The translations under genes were made by a program, and so were the position numbers. Below, one piece after another: positions 1-14,300 of a DNA stretch of 64,000 nt. The number at the start of each line of letters is the position of its first letter. Positions within the stretch are counted from its first letter, which is position 1. The stretch covers positions 62,001-126,000 of the forward strand of contig NMRA01000826.1 in assembly GCA_002633005.1 (NCBI GenBank), in the 5' to 3' direction. The notes under the pieces were generated by a model. That model was not told the DNA's origin and made no database searches. It saw only the letters and a program-made list of their open reading frames with translations. This DNA comes from Phoronis australis. Taxonomy: Eukaryota; Animalia; Phoronida.

Positions 1-1858
1 TGTTCAGTTTCGTAAATAATTCACATAAATGGTTCGTGCACATTATTTCTTTGGCTCACTATTATAGTCTTTTCGTGGCTGCAGGAGGTTTGGTTTCCAA
101 CTCTAGCTGGTTCATGTCCGTGCCAGTCCCGGCGGCCGCGACAGGCTTGATCGGATTCCGAGCCACTTGTCGGGATAACGAGTCAGTCCGACCGTGACCC
201 CGGGCCTAGTGATTGGGTTCCGAGCCACTGGCCAGGATAACAAGCGTTTTGTGTGTTTAGAACTAAAAAATCACTAGTATAAACAACACAGATCTAGGTT
301 CTCCTGTCTGTGTTTTACGGAAGAATACTTCGAATTTATCTCCGAACAGACTCCAAACCCCTCTACGGACCTTGAAAAATTGGCCGGCTGCCGAACTTTG
401 TAGGCTATGGTGTGTCCAAAAACCAGTAAATCCGTAACAGCGAAATAAAGCAACACGTTTTTATAAGAACTCGGTGTCTTTTTAAGGGTTTTACATCGAA
501 GTTTGATGATTTATTGGTGTTAAACAATGACTTCAAGCGATAAGCTCACACCAGTAACCTGTGTTGTGAACTGCTGACCAGACTGCGTGTGAAACCGATG
601 ACGTCATTGGATAATTTCAACACCTCCGTCTGCCGTCAGGTGTCGGGTAACGCAACCGTACATGTGGTTATGGAGTAGAACTACTCGATCTAAATTGATA
701 CAAATTAGGTTGTTTTTTGGGTGGCATGCTCCTTTAAATCTCTTTGGAGGTATGAAACAAAGCCGGGATTTGATTTTTACATATTGAGAAAAGGCGTTTT
801 TTGAAAACTGAATTTGTTGTGTAAAATGAGAGTGACACACTCTATAGGCTGCAGGTCAATTTTAAACCACGCGCGGTCGTTTGTAGTGTGACGTGATGGG
901 TGCTAGCCTGAACTGTGGGCGCTTATTTAATAATTGTAAATTCTCAAAAGTTGAGGGGGGACGCTTAGTAGATCAGTGAGCGCTTATTATGAAACACTTC
1001 AAAGGTAGGGAGTAGGCTTGTGGGTGAGCATAGTCGTTAACCTGAGTGTTTGCAGTAATAAGATATTAAAAGACTGCAATGGCAAGAAACATAATAATAC
1101 GATTTTGCGAGGCAAACTCCGTCTTGTAGGGGTGACTTTCTGGATATCGTTACCACATACACTGTACCCTTTTTAGCCAGCCGGAATAAGTTTGTTTTAA
1201 ATTGCCCGCTTCAGCTGGAACAAGATTGTTTCTATTGGAGTCTGAACATTTTATGGCGACGGTGATGTGGGGAGTGAAAATTTGCCGGGGGAGGGGTGGG
1301 GGGTGTATGAAGAGAAGAATAAAATGTTTGCTAACCACAATTTTGCATCTAGTACCCGTTTAGTTGCAATAGTCGGCTACGGCCATAGAATACAGGGTTT
1401 AGAGAACATCTACCTCGGGAAACATCGTCAAAGAATGAATATCAGTTCTGGGTTATATCGGTCCCGGGGAATATCGTAAAGCATCGGGTCGTTTATAACC
1501 ACCGGGAATCTATGAGTTCATTTTCAAATTAACCAGTGGCATGTACTCGGGTGCTTAACGGAGCCAAGCCGGTTTACTCTTTCATTCAGGACGGTCGCTG
1601 GTATCTTTTGATGTGCAGCTTTGAAGTGGTGCGGATGCGCGAGTTCTCGCACTTGAATCGCTGGAGTAGGCCTACGCTTTACGTTGGCAACAACGTCTGA
1701 AAGACAAATCATATTTCGCGCACGTAGCTCAAGAAACAAGTAAAGGGATTTGAGAATTTCTTGACAACTGAAAGTAAAGATGTGGCCGTCGTTTTGGCGA
1801 TTAATAGTGTTGTCATTTTCACTTTGGCCGTCATCGTCGAAGCGTTTTCTGGGGTGGA

Positions 1859-1969
1859 GCTTGCAATAGGTCAATTGGTTATTACTTAAGACAAGGCTTG
1901 CGATAGGTCAATTGGTTATTACTTGAGACGAGGCTTGCAATAGGTCAATTAGTTATTGCTTGAGACAAA
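1859..1969. repeat. 37-bp tandem repeat x3
   Basis: gcttgcaataggtcaattggttattacttaagacaag units. Confidence 0.9.
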
Positions 1970-2198
1970 GCTGCAAGCTGCTTTGTCACAGTGTGTTAAA
2001 GCTAAGAAATCTCTTCTCAGAAAGGAACAGATTGAGACCAAATGTAAGTGCTCTAAGTTAAATATTTGCTTGTTGGATGGCATGTTTATATAGTGGTTTT
2101 AAACTTGAAGGTTCACAAGATTATTGTGAGGTAGCTCACTTTTGACAATCAAACAAAGCTTTCATTCTGTATGATCATGGTGTTATCATTTAATCAAG

Positions 2199-2322
2199 GT
2201 GGGTGTTGTCTGAAGCCAAGAAGGATGAAACAGATGAAGACATTGCCAAGTATGATGGCAAGTGGTCGGTGGAGGAGCCACAGGATAACCCTATGGATGG
2301 TGATCTGGGGCTGGTTTTAAAG
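2199..2322 (+). CDS. CANX: Calnexin exon [41 protein letters not shown]
   Basis: caag| acceptor, |gtag donor; matches the start of the calnexin lectin domain. Confidence 0.93.
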
Positions 2323-5300
2323 GTAGTTTTATTCTTGATCAACGTTAGCTTGTTTGTTTGTGACTAATACTCCAGTTAAGATGAGTCTACCTTATGGCGA
2401 GCTCTATTTGATAGCAAAAAAACGAGGTGGTGCTCGAGTGAACTGAAGCTTACAATATCAATAACAGCACAGGGTGCTCAGCGAAGTCAGCTATGAAAAT
2501 CACCGACTAGCTGAGCCACATCTGCTGTGTTGGGGAAAGTAGATCCAGAACCCCTAATATGTAATTCCTTGAATTTAGGATGGCCAACATTGCCAATTTC
2601 TAGAATTGTAGAATTTTTACCGCAGAAGTTTCAAGGAAGTTGTGTTTTTCGTGGAATTGAGGGTAATATAGCATGGAATATAATTTTGATTGCTGCAAAT
2701 ATGTGCTAAATTTAAACCATTGAGGAGTTAATGAGCCCGGAAAATATTGGACTGAATAGGAAAATGTTTGAACATAGAATAGCAGTATTCTGTATGTGCA
2801 GTGTAATTACCAAGTTACGTGGATAGTGTCGATTTCAGTGTTCAACTGTTGGTCTGGCTGAATTAAAAAGTCTGCCTGAATTTCAGAAGGTCCCGGGGTC
2901 GAGTCCCATGTCGGTAATCTTTTTGAACTCTTGATATGTCCAAGCATCTACTTAATGCAAACTAAGTATTTGCTTGCGAAAAAACAATTTAATGATTCTT
3001 TCAGTCCAAAGCCCGCCATCATGCCATAGCTGCTCCCATGGATAGGCCATATGACTTCTCAGGGAATCCTCTGATTGTGCAGTAAGTAGTTGACATTCTG
3101 TTGCTTACTAATAACAGTGACTAGTAAAAGTATGCTTGGCAGATTACAAACGTGTGGGTCTTTAATTGTTGGAACCTGGTTGAGAAAAGGTATGATTGAT
3201 TTTACACAGCACACAATTCTAAACACTTTAATTATCTCTTACAGTTACATTCAATGATTGTCTTTATTTACCATTTTCTGGTTCCAGTTTTTTGGATATG
3301 ACTGCAGTGGAACTCCTGCTGAGCCCCACCTGGCTCTGTTTTGTAAAATGTTCTGAGTTCGAGGCCTAATCAGGGCAGCATTTTTTTCAAACTTGTAATT
3401 ACAGATCTTGGAATTGTCGTCTTTTGGTTTCGATTTCCTCTTATTTGATTTCCAGTTTCCTCTTTTCTCGTCCTTTTTTATCATTAGTTTGACTTTATTC
3501 CTGCTAAAATGTATATTTCAGTTAAATTTTACAACACAAATTGTTTCTATCACTCAAGCCTGTTTGTTGTGGAATGATACCTCATTTTGCCTCTTGTTTG
3601 TCATTGGTCATTCCAAGCTTTGTAATTGCTAGGCAATATAATGTGACCTTGTATGACTAGGCTACCTGCTCTATACATGTATTTTCGTTGTCCGTGATTA
3701 TTGTCAAAAGTTTGTCCGATTTTAGTAGAACCTGACTGGAGTGCTTGTGGCAGTTATGTGCTGTTCATCCGGTCATTTTTCCAATGTTGACTCTATTTTT
3801 GCAAAAAAGTCCATCAATTTTTGGTGCAAAGCCATGTGGTAGGAATTTGCCGGCAACAGTTGATTTTTGGTTGGATTGATTATCATGGCACCCGGTAGCA
3901 GTTTCAGTGTTTGCAGTAAATTCTTTGTCTGTTGATTTTCGCCGAAAAGATGACTTTTGGAAGCATTCGCTTTTTGAACGAAGTCAACCACCACATCATC
4001 ACCAGTGGGTATATGTTGCAATCAAGCCTTATTTTGTCTTGAATAATATGTATTGCATTTAGCTTATGACACAATGAAGGGCAGCTGACCAAAATTAATG
4101 TTAGTAACCAAAACAACAATGTTTGTGATTAGTGATAATGAGACTAGAATATTGTGAAAATTCAGATACCAACTATGCATTCATGCGTTTGTTTAAACTG
4201 AAATGCAGTTAGCCATTTAGACCTAGCTTTGATATCATAGTAGCCAAATAAGCGTTCTTATGTTTACATGATACTTATAAACAGCCTCAAGTGGACCATT
4301 TCAGTATTCTCATTAATTCCTTCATGGAGTTTTTGCCCAAGCCCATCATGCAGTCTTGTGTTTTAATCATTGTTTGAACATAATTATGTAACAACACATG
4401 AGTGGCCATTCACCTCTTGTTTTAATCATTGTTTGAACATAATTATGTAACAACACATGAGTGGCCATTCACCTTTTGTTTTAATCATTGTTTGAACATA
4501 ATTATGTAACAACACATGAGTGGCTATTCACCTTTTGTTTTAATCATTGTTTGAACATAATTATGTAACAACACATGAGTGGCCATTTACATTTTGTTTT
4601 AAACATTGTTTGAACATAATTATGTAACAACACATGAGTGGCCATTCACCTCTTGTTTTAATCATTGTTTGAACATAATTATGTAACAACACATGGGTGG
4701 CTATTCACCTTTTGTTTTAATCATTGTTTGAACATAATTATGTAACAACACATGAGTGGCCATTCACCTTTTGTTTTACTCAGCAACACAGCTCATCGCA
4801 TACCTCTGGCAAAATAAATTCCGATAATTTTAACTCGTTAAAATCTATTGATTTTGATGGTTTTTCTCTATGCCATTTCAGTTTATAATCACTGCCATAG
4901 GGATCATTTCTACTTATAGCCACCATGTATTGTACTACTTTTATGTTCACACACCTCCCTATTAGTGTTCTCATTGGTCAGTTAGTCCACCTTTCTGCAA
5001 GTACAGTGTGTGGCCTATCTCATTCAACCATCTCCATCACTCATTCAAGTTGTGTTATATTTGTCAACATTTTTCCCCACCCACCATCCCGTCATTTACC
5101 CCTCTCCAATTTTAACCATTTTGTTACGCTTTTCATGTGTTTTGGGTCATTACTTCTTATTCCGTCTTACTCTGGGTTCTTTTACGCACACGCCCTAAAC
5201 GATTTTCCTTATGCCTATCTTGCAGTTTTTTGTGTGTTCATTGTCTGTACATACATCATAATACATATCAACATGGTTCAATGATCCACTTCTTATTTTA

Positions 5301-8300
5301 CATTGCAACATGGCTTGTTGCATACTCCAGACAAAATAGATTCCAATAACTAATGTAACGTGATACTTACAAACAGCCCTAGATTTATATGGTTTGTAGT
5401 GCAGTCGTGGGCGTATTTCATCTCTTTGTATAGATCTTGTGACATGAGTTGCTGTGAGAGGTAAATCTGAGCCTTGGTGTCATCTTGTGTTGCAGGTATG
5501 AAGTCAAGTTCCAGAGTGGTATGGACTGTGGGGGCTCTTACGTCAAGTTGCTGCAGCAAGACCCTGGCCTAGACTTGGTATGTACAACCCCATAACATCC
5601 ACAGGCATAAACATTTACCACTAATCTTGCAAACTTTCTTTATTGATTATATTCACTACACAAGTATGTGTACATTTTTCTTTAAGGTCTTTTACTTTAG
5701 CTCCCAATACCGTGTTTGTAAATAACAAACAATTCCACCAAAGTCTTGACAGCTGAGGTTTTTGTCTGAGAGGTCTTGAAAGAAAATCAAACTCTAGCTT
5801 TCTTACTTAAAGTGTTCCATCAAAGAATGAGACGAACTATCACTCTATCACTATAAAGAATGTCTCAAATTATTCCTGACTCAGCAAAGATTAAGACCAT
5901 GACAGTGTGTGCCCTTAATCAAAAGTTGGTTTTTGTTGAGGAAGGCTGGTTAACTATTACTTCAACAGAACAAATAAACAGAATTTGCAAGTTTTGTACA
6001 AGAATTTTCATGCCTGAAAGTTATGATGATCTTAAAAAAACAGTTTTTGTCTCTAAAAACGTTTGGACATTATTTCAGAGAGCATAGTGTTGTTGCTGGG
6101 CTCATTATGGATTTTAAAATATTTTTGATGGGACCAAGCTCAGTGTTTTGAAAAATGTGCCTCTTGACGTTTGGTTTCATAGGCTGTTATTTACCTTGAG
6201 CGGTTTATTTGGGTTTGGCTGCCAGTATTTGAAAATCTGTACAATACCGATACTGTGTGGTCCTTTAACCACGGGAGTGTCATCTGCATATTTTGATAGG
6301 GTGCGCCTCTGGGAAATTGGGATATTGAGCCTTTTAGAGAGTGGTTTACTGACTGTGAGCTGCACAGTTTGTTTCCCATCTTGTTTGATTGAATTGAGAA
6401 ATAAAGCAAGAAATCCTAAATGAGTCACACAGCTCTAAATGTAATGATTTTGGCACAGCACTTTTCATGTTGATACCATACTAGCATTTTTCATTATAGT
6501 ATTTGGTACATCACCGGCACTTCTAAAATATGTCCAACTACTAGACTTTACCGGGATTCACCCATGCATAAAAGTAGTCATCGGGGAATATTGTTAATAT
6601 GGCTAAAATACCACAGAATACCTGTCATCAATTTAGTGTTGCAGTTTTGAAGATATTCACTAGGTGGTGTACTGTTGGGAATGATCTCTTGAATAAAGTG
6701 AGAACAGAAAACTGTTCCTCTGCATTTGTGTCAGTCCAACTTGTTTCAATACCACCACCTAGTAATCTCATTTTGACAAGAATCATGCAATGCAAGTTTA
6801 CTTCCTTTACCAGCTCTGAATCTCTCAGCCACAGTAAATTTCCGCTTGTTTCCAGAAAAACTTTGTGGACAAGACACCTTTCACCATCATGTTTGGACCT
6901 GACAAGTGTGGCACCGATGCTAAGCTTCACTTCATTTTCCAGCACAAAAACCCCAAGACAGGGAAATATGAGGTAAAAATGTGCTCTAGTCTGTGTGGAT
7001 GTGCTTTAAACATGGCTGTGGTAGTGTGTGTGTATTAGAACGGCTTTCTTGTACACTCTGCAAAGTACAGCTATATTAAATGTCCTTTTTCACAGCAGCT
7101 TATGGTTACTCTATTTGTTTGTGTTTGGACGGGGACAATATGTACTCACTGCTAATATATGTGTGCGTTTAGGCTCACATGCCTACATGTGAAGCTATGC
7201 CTATATGTAATGTGAAGTGTGTATGCCTATATGTGAAGCTATGCCTATATCTGAAGTGAGGTGCTTCTGCCAACATGCTATAACTGTATCAGAAGTGAGG
7301 TACCTGTGACTACACGTGAACCTATGGCTATATCAGAAATGAGGTGCGTGGGCCTACATGTTTAGCTATGTCTATATCTGAAGTGAGATGTGTGTGCCTT
7401 TACGTGAAGCTGTGCTTATATCTAAGGCTAAGTGCTTGTGCCTTCATGTGAAGCTCACTGACCACTTGCTCATCTTGTCCCTTGGTCAGGTGAGAAGTGA
7501 TTTTTGATCTTGACATGCAAAGAACGAATGGTTTGTTGTTACTCGAGATCATGCCCAGTGCATAGAATAACACACCCTGACATGTCAACTTGTAAAGCTC
7601 GTCCTTGAGCAATAAGAAACTGCCAATTCTTTCCAATCCCACAAATCACATCTGTTTTACTAAGGAACAATTTGAAATCAATTTCATAAAGGTCCGTGGT
7701 CTAAGCGGGTTAAGTTGGGTTAATAGCCGCTTTAATTTAATAAGTGTTTTCATTTAAAGTGTTTAATTCCCTGTCAAACATTGATTTAGACCATGAAGTT
7801 GTGTCATCACGTCCATACACACTTGTCACACTAATGGCTCTTTTTGACAGGAAAAACACGCCAAACCTCCGACCAAGAAGTTCAGTGAAGCGTTTGACGA
7901 TAAGAGGACTCACCTGTTTACACTCGTGTTATTTCCCGACAATAAGTTTGAGATCTATGTAGACCAGAACCTTGTTAACTCTGGCAGTCTGTTGGCAGAT
8001 TTCAGGTAGGCAGTACATTTGTAGTTCATAACATGAGGCGCCTTGAAGGCAGTTGGTTGTCATAATTGGACACAACTTGCTTCTTGCCTAGTTATGAATT
8101 ACAGGTTGTCTGAACATTGTGTGCACATTTCAAATCAAATGAACAACATTGTTTAATGACACAGGAATAAGATTATTGGTTTTTACGAGGTGACTAAAAG
8201 GAATTAAATCTTTCAACTAAATGTATCCTTTGAAAAATAATTTTCTGCATTTCGTCAACGTTTTTGAGTTTTTAGTACCTGTTACTACACACAGAAAATT

Positions 8301-11300
8301 TCTTTTCTCAAAAACTGAAATATTTGTTTATCATTCCAGCACATACAGAATATGTGACAGGTGTCACACGTACTCTTGCACCAAGTTGTAAACATGCAGG
8401 TGACCTGGTCACAGTGTACCTGGTCACACTGTACCTGGTCACAGTGTACCTGGTCACAGTGTACCTGGTCACAGTGTACCTGGTCACTGTACCTGGTCAC
8501 AGTGTACCTGGTCACTGTACCTGGTCACAGTGTCCTGGTCACAGTGTCCTGGTCACAGTGTACCTGGTCACTGTACCTGGTCACAGTGTACCTGGTCACA
8601 GTGTCCTGGTCACAGTGTCCTGGTCACAGTGTACCTGGTCACTGTACCTGGTCACAGTGTCCTGGTCACAGTGTCCTGGTCACAGTGTACCTGGTCACAG
8701 TGTCCTGGTCACAGTGTCCTGGTCACAGTGTACCTGGTCACAGAGTGTGATCCATGACAATACTGCATTGGAAGTACTTACACACTGTATTATAGAATAT
8801 GTATCCTCAAACACTTCAAATACCTATTTTGATGTGACATTTCATAAATATAGACATTGTTGTGACAATTTAAACAACAATGGATATCTGTTGCTTGGAG
8901 GTTTTGTGTTATGAAGACATTAGCTGCTAAGGTTGTTTAGGACCTTGATAAATGACTTCAACTCTTAAGTGAAATATCGAAAAAAAAACTCTGCTTTGTT
9001 AACCATTGAAAGTACATATTTTCTAAAAGGAAAAGGATTGAGTATTGTAAGGGCTGTTCCAGCAAAATCCGTATGGGTGGGGGAGGCCGTCAGCAGAAAT
9101 AAAAATTCATGGATGGTGGCCTTCAGAAAAAAGCTCAAATTATGGTGGTCGTTCTTGTAAGAAGTGAAGCATTAAAAGTGGGTGGTATTTTTGACCTGTA
9201 AATGTTGACAGGTTGGTATTACACATCTCAAAAGAAATCCAAACTCATCAAAAATTCACTTGGCTAATACCCTAACATGTCCAAAAAACAAATAACACCA
9301 TGTTGCCAGTGTACAGAGTGCAATATGTACACTAAGCCATTAATCAAGTCATGGGCAACTTGATTACAAGCACAAGTTTAACTGCAGTCATATTAGAATG
9401 AAAATGTCTGCAACACTAAATTGGTGTTAACACATATAAGAAAATTGATGATTTTAAAATAAAACGTATGAGGGGTACGATAGACAAGTTCCAATATTCA
9501 CCTGACATACCAGAATAAAAGAGCTCGTGGAGACAGTTTTAGATTCACAGATCCATGAAATTGAAAAAAACTTTATTGAAAGTACAGACACATGGTAACA
9601 GAGACACCTAGTGGCTGCCAAAAGCATTGCTCACAGGTGTCTTTGAAAAGCACATTTCTGGTAACTGATACGAGTTGTGATCTCACATGGAATTTTTCTG
9701 CACCCACAAAAACTTTGTGGTCGGTCCGTCTGTCATTATCCTTTCTTGTCCATCAATTATCTCAAGAACCGCTTGGTGGATCATGATGAAATTCGGTACA
9801 GAGGTACTTCGCAAGGATGCACCTGCACCAGTCGATTTTCCGGGCGGGTTTGGCAACTTTGGTATCCCATGTTGGCCGCTTTAGTTTTCGACAAGTCATT
9901 CCTTGCATGTTGATTATCTCTTCACTGATCACTGACAATGAAAGACGAAATAGAAGTATATCGCAAGAATGTGCTGGCACCAGTCAATTTTTGGATGCTG
10001 GATTCAACTACTGTGGCACAACTGGAAATTTGGCACAAAAATATGTAGCAGGGATGAATGCGTTGACAGAAGTCATTTTCGTTTTGATTTGACCACCCTC
10101 TTGGCTACTTTAGTTTTGACAATATTGGACAAGACAACTAGTTCTTGTCTGTCAACAGGTCATCCTGGAGGCAGTTTGTTTGCAAGTGTTGGATTTTATA
10201 TTTTAACCTATTAGTTAAAAAATTATGGGTCATGGGTTGGAGAAATAAATGAAAAATATGGGCGGTGGGTACAAAATAAAAGTGCCTTCTCCCCTCCCAT
10301 ACAGATTTTGCTGGAACAGCCCTAAAGTTATGCTTCTTATTACGGTGTCTTTATAATTGTCACGTGACCCCATTTTTTAAGTAAAATTTCCATGTGCAAG
10401 AAAGGTACATTCATAGCAAAATAACCCCCGGCTAATTATACTATAACTTTCTTGTATGAAAATTGACGTTGTGTCTCCAAAACACTGTTAAGAATTTTTT
10501 ATTGTTCACTTAGTTCGAGGTTTATGCCAAATTAAGTTGCAAAACACCCAAATTTTTTGTAAAAAAACAACAGCGATATTGTTCGGTACACATTTTAAAG
10601 GAAAATTCTTACAGCATTTCTGAGACATAACAAAGTTTTTTATAAAAAAAATTAGCAAAATCGATTGGAGGTTTATTTTGCTATGAATGTACCTTTGTTG
10701 CACATGAAAATTTAACTTGAAAAACGTGTTCATGTACTAGTAATAAAGACACAGTTGTAAGAAGCGTATTTTTAGAATCCTCGGTCTTTCTCCTTTCAGT
10801 AAGTACATACTTTTAATGGTTGACAAAGCATAGTTTTTTCGATATTTGACTTGGAGATGAGGTCATTTATTAAGATCTTAGATAATCTAAAAACAATTTG
10901 TTGACTAATTCCAGCCCAGCTGTCAACCCTCCTGCCGAGATTGAAGATCCCAATGATAAGAAGCCTGTTGACTGGGACGAGAGAGAGAAGTATGCAACTT
11001 AGCAACCCCTCCAGTCGATCAGCTGTCAAATTAGAACACCTGCAAACTATCTGACGATATGTTGATTAGCTGATATCGAGTTACCTCCATTTATCGATTG
11101 ATTCATACTACATAGAACTGGGACAATCAATTACAGCATTAGTCATCCTCCAATGTGTAAAGCATGAAAAGCTTTTCTTCTATTTTCTCATTTTTGGAAT
11201 GTTGAATACATGTGATATGCAGTGTTATTAAGGGAGATTTAATAATGCTGACAATTTAGTCACTTGTCAAAACAAGGTAAATGGTGATTTTAAGGTCTTT

Positions 11301-14300
11301 AATGGTTACAGTGATGAAGTTCTTGATATTTTAGCTGGAATGACTTCTTTTCCAGTCCTTAACAAAGACATGCAACATTTAATGCCCATAGCTGTATCTG
11401 ACATAAGCTAGAAGTTTAATGGGTTCTACATTATTACTGGCACAACCTCATTACCCTGTAAAGTTATGTGTTTCTCTTGCAGAATCCCCGACTCTGATGC
11501 AAAAAAGCCCGAGGACTGGTAGGTTATGTTAGGCTTGCCTGCATTTTCCTTAATGATAGTCTTTCTCAGAAATAACTGGGAGTTACTACCTGTCCTGTAC
11601 TCTACTGTCCTGGTGTATTTAGTGGGTACCTAAGCAGAGTTTGCCTTCCACTTCCAAACATGGACCCACCTTCCAAAAATATTGGGGTTCAATTTGGATA
11701 TCTTGGTGTTTGGAAGCAGTCCAGAAATCATGACACTAGAAAAGAGTGATGTCCAAATTGCATTTGGCAAACCAGGTGGTGGGTCTTTCTGTGCAGGGCA
11801 CTCAGTCACCTGAAGGATAGATGCTTTATCTTATGAAAGGAGGATTTTGTGGCATTTTTTTACTAAGGCTGTAATTTTCTTGATGTTTATTTACTGCACT
11901 GTTTTTTGTGACAATAATCCTTTATGCATTCACAAATAAGCAAGTATAAACTTGAAGGTAAATAATTAGAAGTGAATAATTGTTAAATTCTATGCTGTGT
12001 TATATCCTGTGTCACACATACTCCTTAACATTCACTGCTGTATATATCCAGTGTCATAGCATCTATATCCTGTCACAGTGACTGTGCTGTGTCACAGTGT
12101 CTATATCCTGTGTCACACAGTCTCATACTCCTTAACATTCACTGCTGTATTGATCCTGTGTCGCAGTGTTGATATGCTGTGTCACTCTACACATACAGCT
12201 ACATTAACTGTCCTTCTTCACAGCAGCTCGTGGCTAATGTTCGTGAGTCTGTGTTTGGACGGGGGAGACAAATTATGTCAGCCTCTGTGTGGAACTAATT
12301 CATACCTCTACCCCAGCGGTGTTATTTAGGATTGAAACGGATGACATCACAACTTAAGATTTCCCAAGTTTTTTTTAAATTTTTTTATCATATCAATTCT
12401 TTTTCACGACATCTTACATTGATTAGCTTCTTTCATCAATTAAAATAGGTTTTTCCTGTATGGTATAAAAGTTGAAGCAAAGCTGCATTTCTGTGTAGAA
12501 ATAAAAAATGGCCAGTGACTAACTTAGGGCTGTTCCAGTAACATCTGTATGGGAGGGGGGGAAGGCACCTATTTTTCGCACCCACCACCCATATTTTTCA
12601 TTTATTTCTTCAGCCTACCACCCGTAATTTTTTATAAGTTTGAAATGCAACCACCCGTAATTTTTTTTGTTCTTGTGGTTGACTGCACAGACGCTTGAGT
12701 TTATCTGTTCCTCCATCACCACTGATGTCATTCATTACTAAGAAAACACATGTTTCTTATATATGGTTATTAGCCATAGAGAAATTCGAGCACCTGTGGT
12801 TAAATGGTGTTATGGGCATGCCGATGAGGAGATCGGAGGGAGTGAAAAAGTTGCATTTTTGTTTCAGTTTTTGATTCTGTGCGGATTGTTTATAAAATTT
12901 ACTAAAATTACCCACCATCAAACATTTATGGCCCAATGAAAGAACAACGACCTGTGAATTTTTATTTTTTTGAAGTACGACCACCAGCCATTTTGAATTT
13001 AAATCAAACACAACCACCCATAAATTTTTATTTCAGTTGCCTTCGCCCCCCCCTCCCACACAGATTGTGCTGGAACAGCCCTTAGTAAAGTTATTAAATC
13101 CGTGACCAGTTACAAAAACTGCTTCTTTTCAGTTCCAAAGATGAGTAGGATTCCTGGTTCAGTTGTGTCTACTTCTCAATGGTATTTCATTCCATCCCTC
13201 TATGAGAAACGTAATGATTGTGTCGCCAGTCTCAAATTGTTTTGTGAGATGGTAGCCAGAGTTTAGTGACGGGTCACACACACGCGTTGAGACTACCTCT
13301 TCAACCAAACATAATAAAACGTGGTCGCGTGAGCCTCCCGGTCATTTTGCATTTTTTCCTCAATGCTTGCCTCCACCTTCTGCTGGTGATTGTCAAAGTT
13401 TATTTCAGGGACGAGACATTACCAGAAATGATTCCTGATGAGAGTGCTGTGAAGCCTGAAGGTTGGCTAGATGATGAGCCTGATTTGATCCCCGACCCGT
13501 CTTCAGAGAAACCATCTGATTGGTTAGTTCATCACTATTATACCACTGACGTCAGGCCTGAATAAGTTTAGTGCAGGATGGTACTAAAACCATTCAGAAC
13601 ATCATATCTGCCGTACTCGTCCGGATTACCACTCATGCTTGGCTAACCGTCCACCCCAAAATTTTCATTTTTAAGCGCCCATGCTCGGCTTACCACCCAC
13701 CCCCAATTTTTTATGATCGAAACCTTCTTAAAAGCGTGTGTGCTTTTGTGAATGTTCGTCTCGCAAAACTAAGATTTCAAAACGTGTGCAATTCGCTTAC
13801 TTTTCAATGACAATCAGTTTTAGCAGAACCGGGAACTTGCCTTACTATGGCGGTAAAATAACCATATTCTCATGCTCTACTAAAGTAGACACAATATTGT
13901 TTCCTTTGGCTCACGTGCAGAACTCGTGTCAGCATGTACTGAGACAGCTCTTGTCGAATGTATTTCATTGCCGTGGAAAAACCAACAAAGTGGTACTTGA
14001 CAAGAATTTCAAGTCCGTGGCCTACCTTTCTGGATAACCCTGACTGAACACGAAACATCACCTTGAGCAATGAAATATAAAAAAAAAACACGAGCACACT
14101 TGGATGATACATGACCATCGATTTTGGAAACTCCACCGGCAATATTTTGGATGCATCGTTTTGAATACAAGCCAATACGGGCCATATTTCCGTGTCTTCA
14201 TTATAATCACGTTTTTAATGGCTCATTCCTGAGACCAAAGTGGAAGCGCCCAACCAAAAGCAACGGTGCAAGAAATCAACTTAAGCGCTAGTCGAACATT

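Noticed and set aside
1-2198. Calnexin signal-peptide / first exons
   Set aside because: No exon with the expected N-terminal motifs found; the region looks like TE-derived intron sequence
2850-2915. tRNA gene
   Set aside because: Only a B-box-like GGTCGAGTCCC and no cloverleaf; at most a decayed SINE
4361-4778. CRISPR-like array
   Set aside because: Head-to-tail units with no unique spacers; eukaryotic intron; no cas genes
6628-6945. 105-aa minus-strand ORF
   Set aside because: Antisense shadow of calnexin exon 6856-6972
8285-8914. Long ORFs of up to 196 aa
   Set aside because: Translations of the 13/15-bp minisatellite inside a calnexin intron
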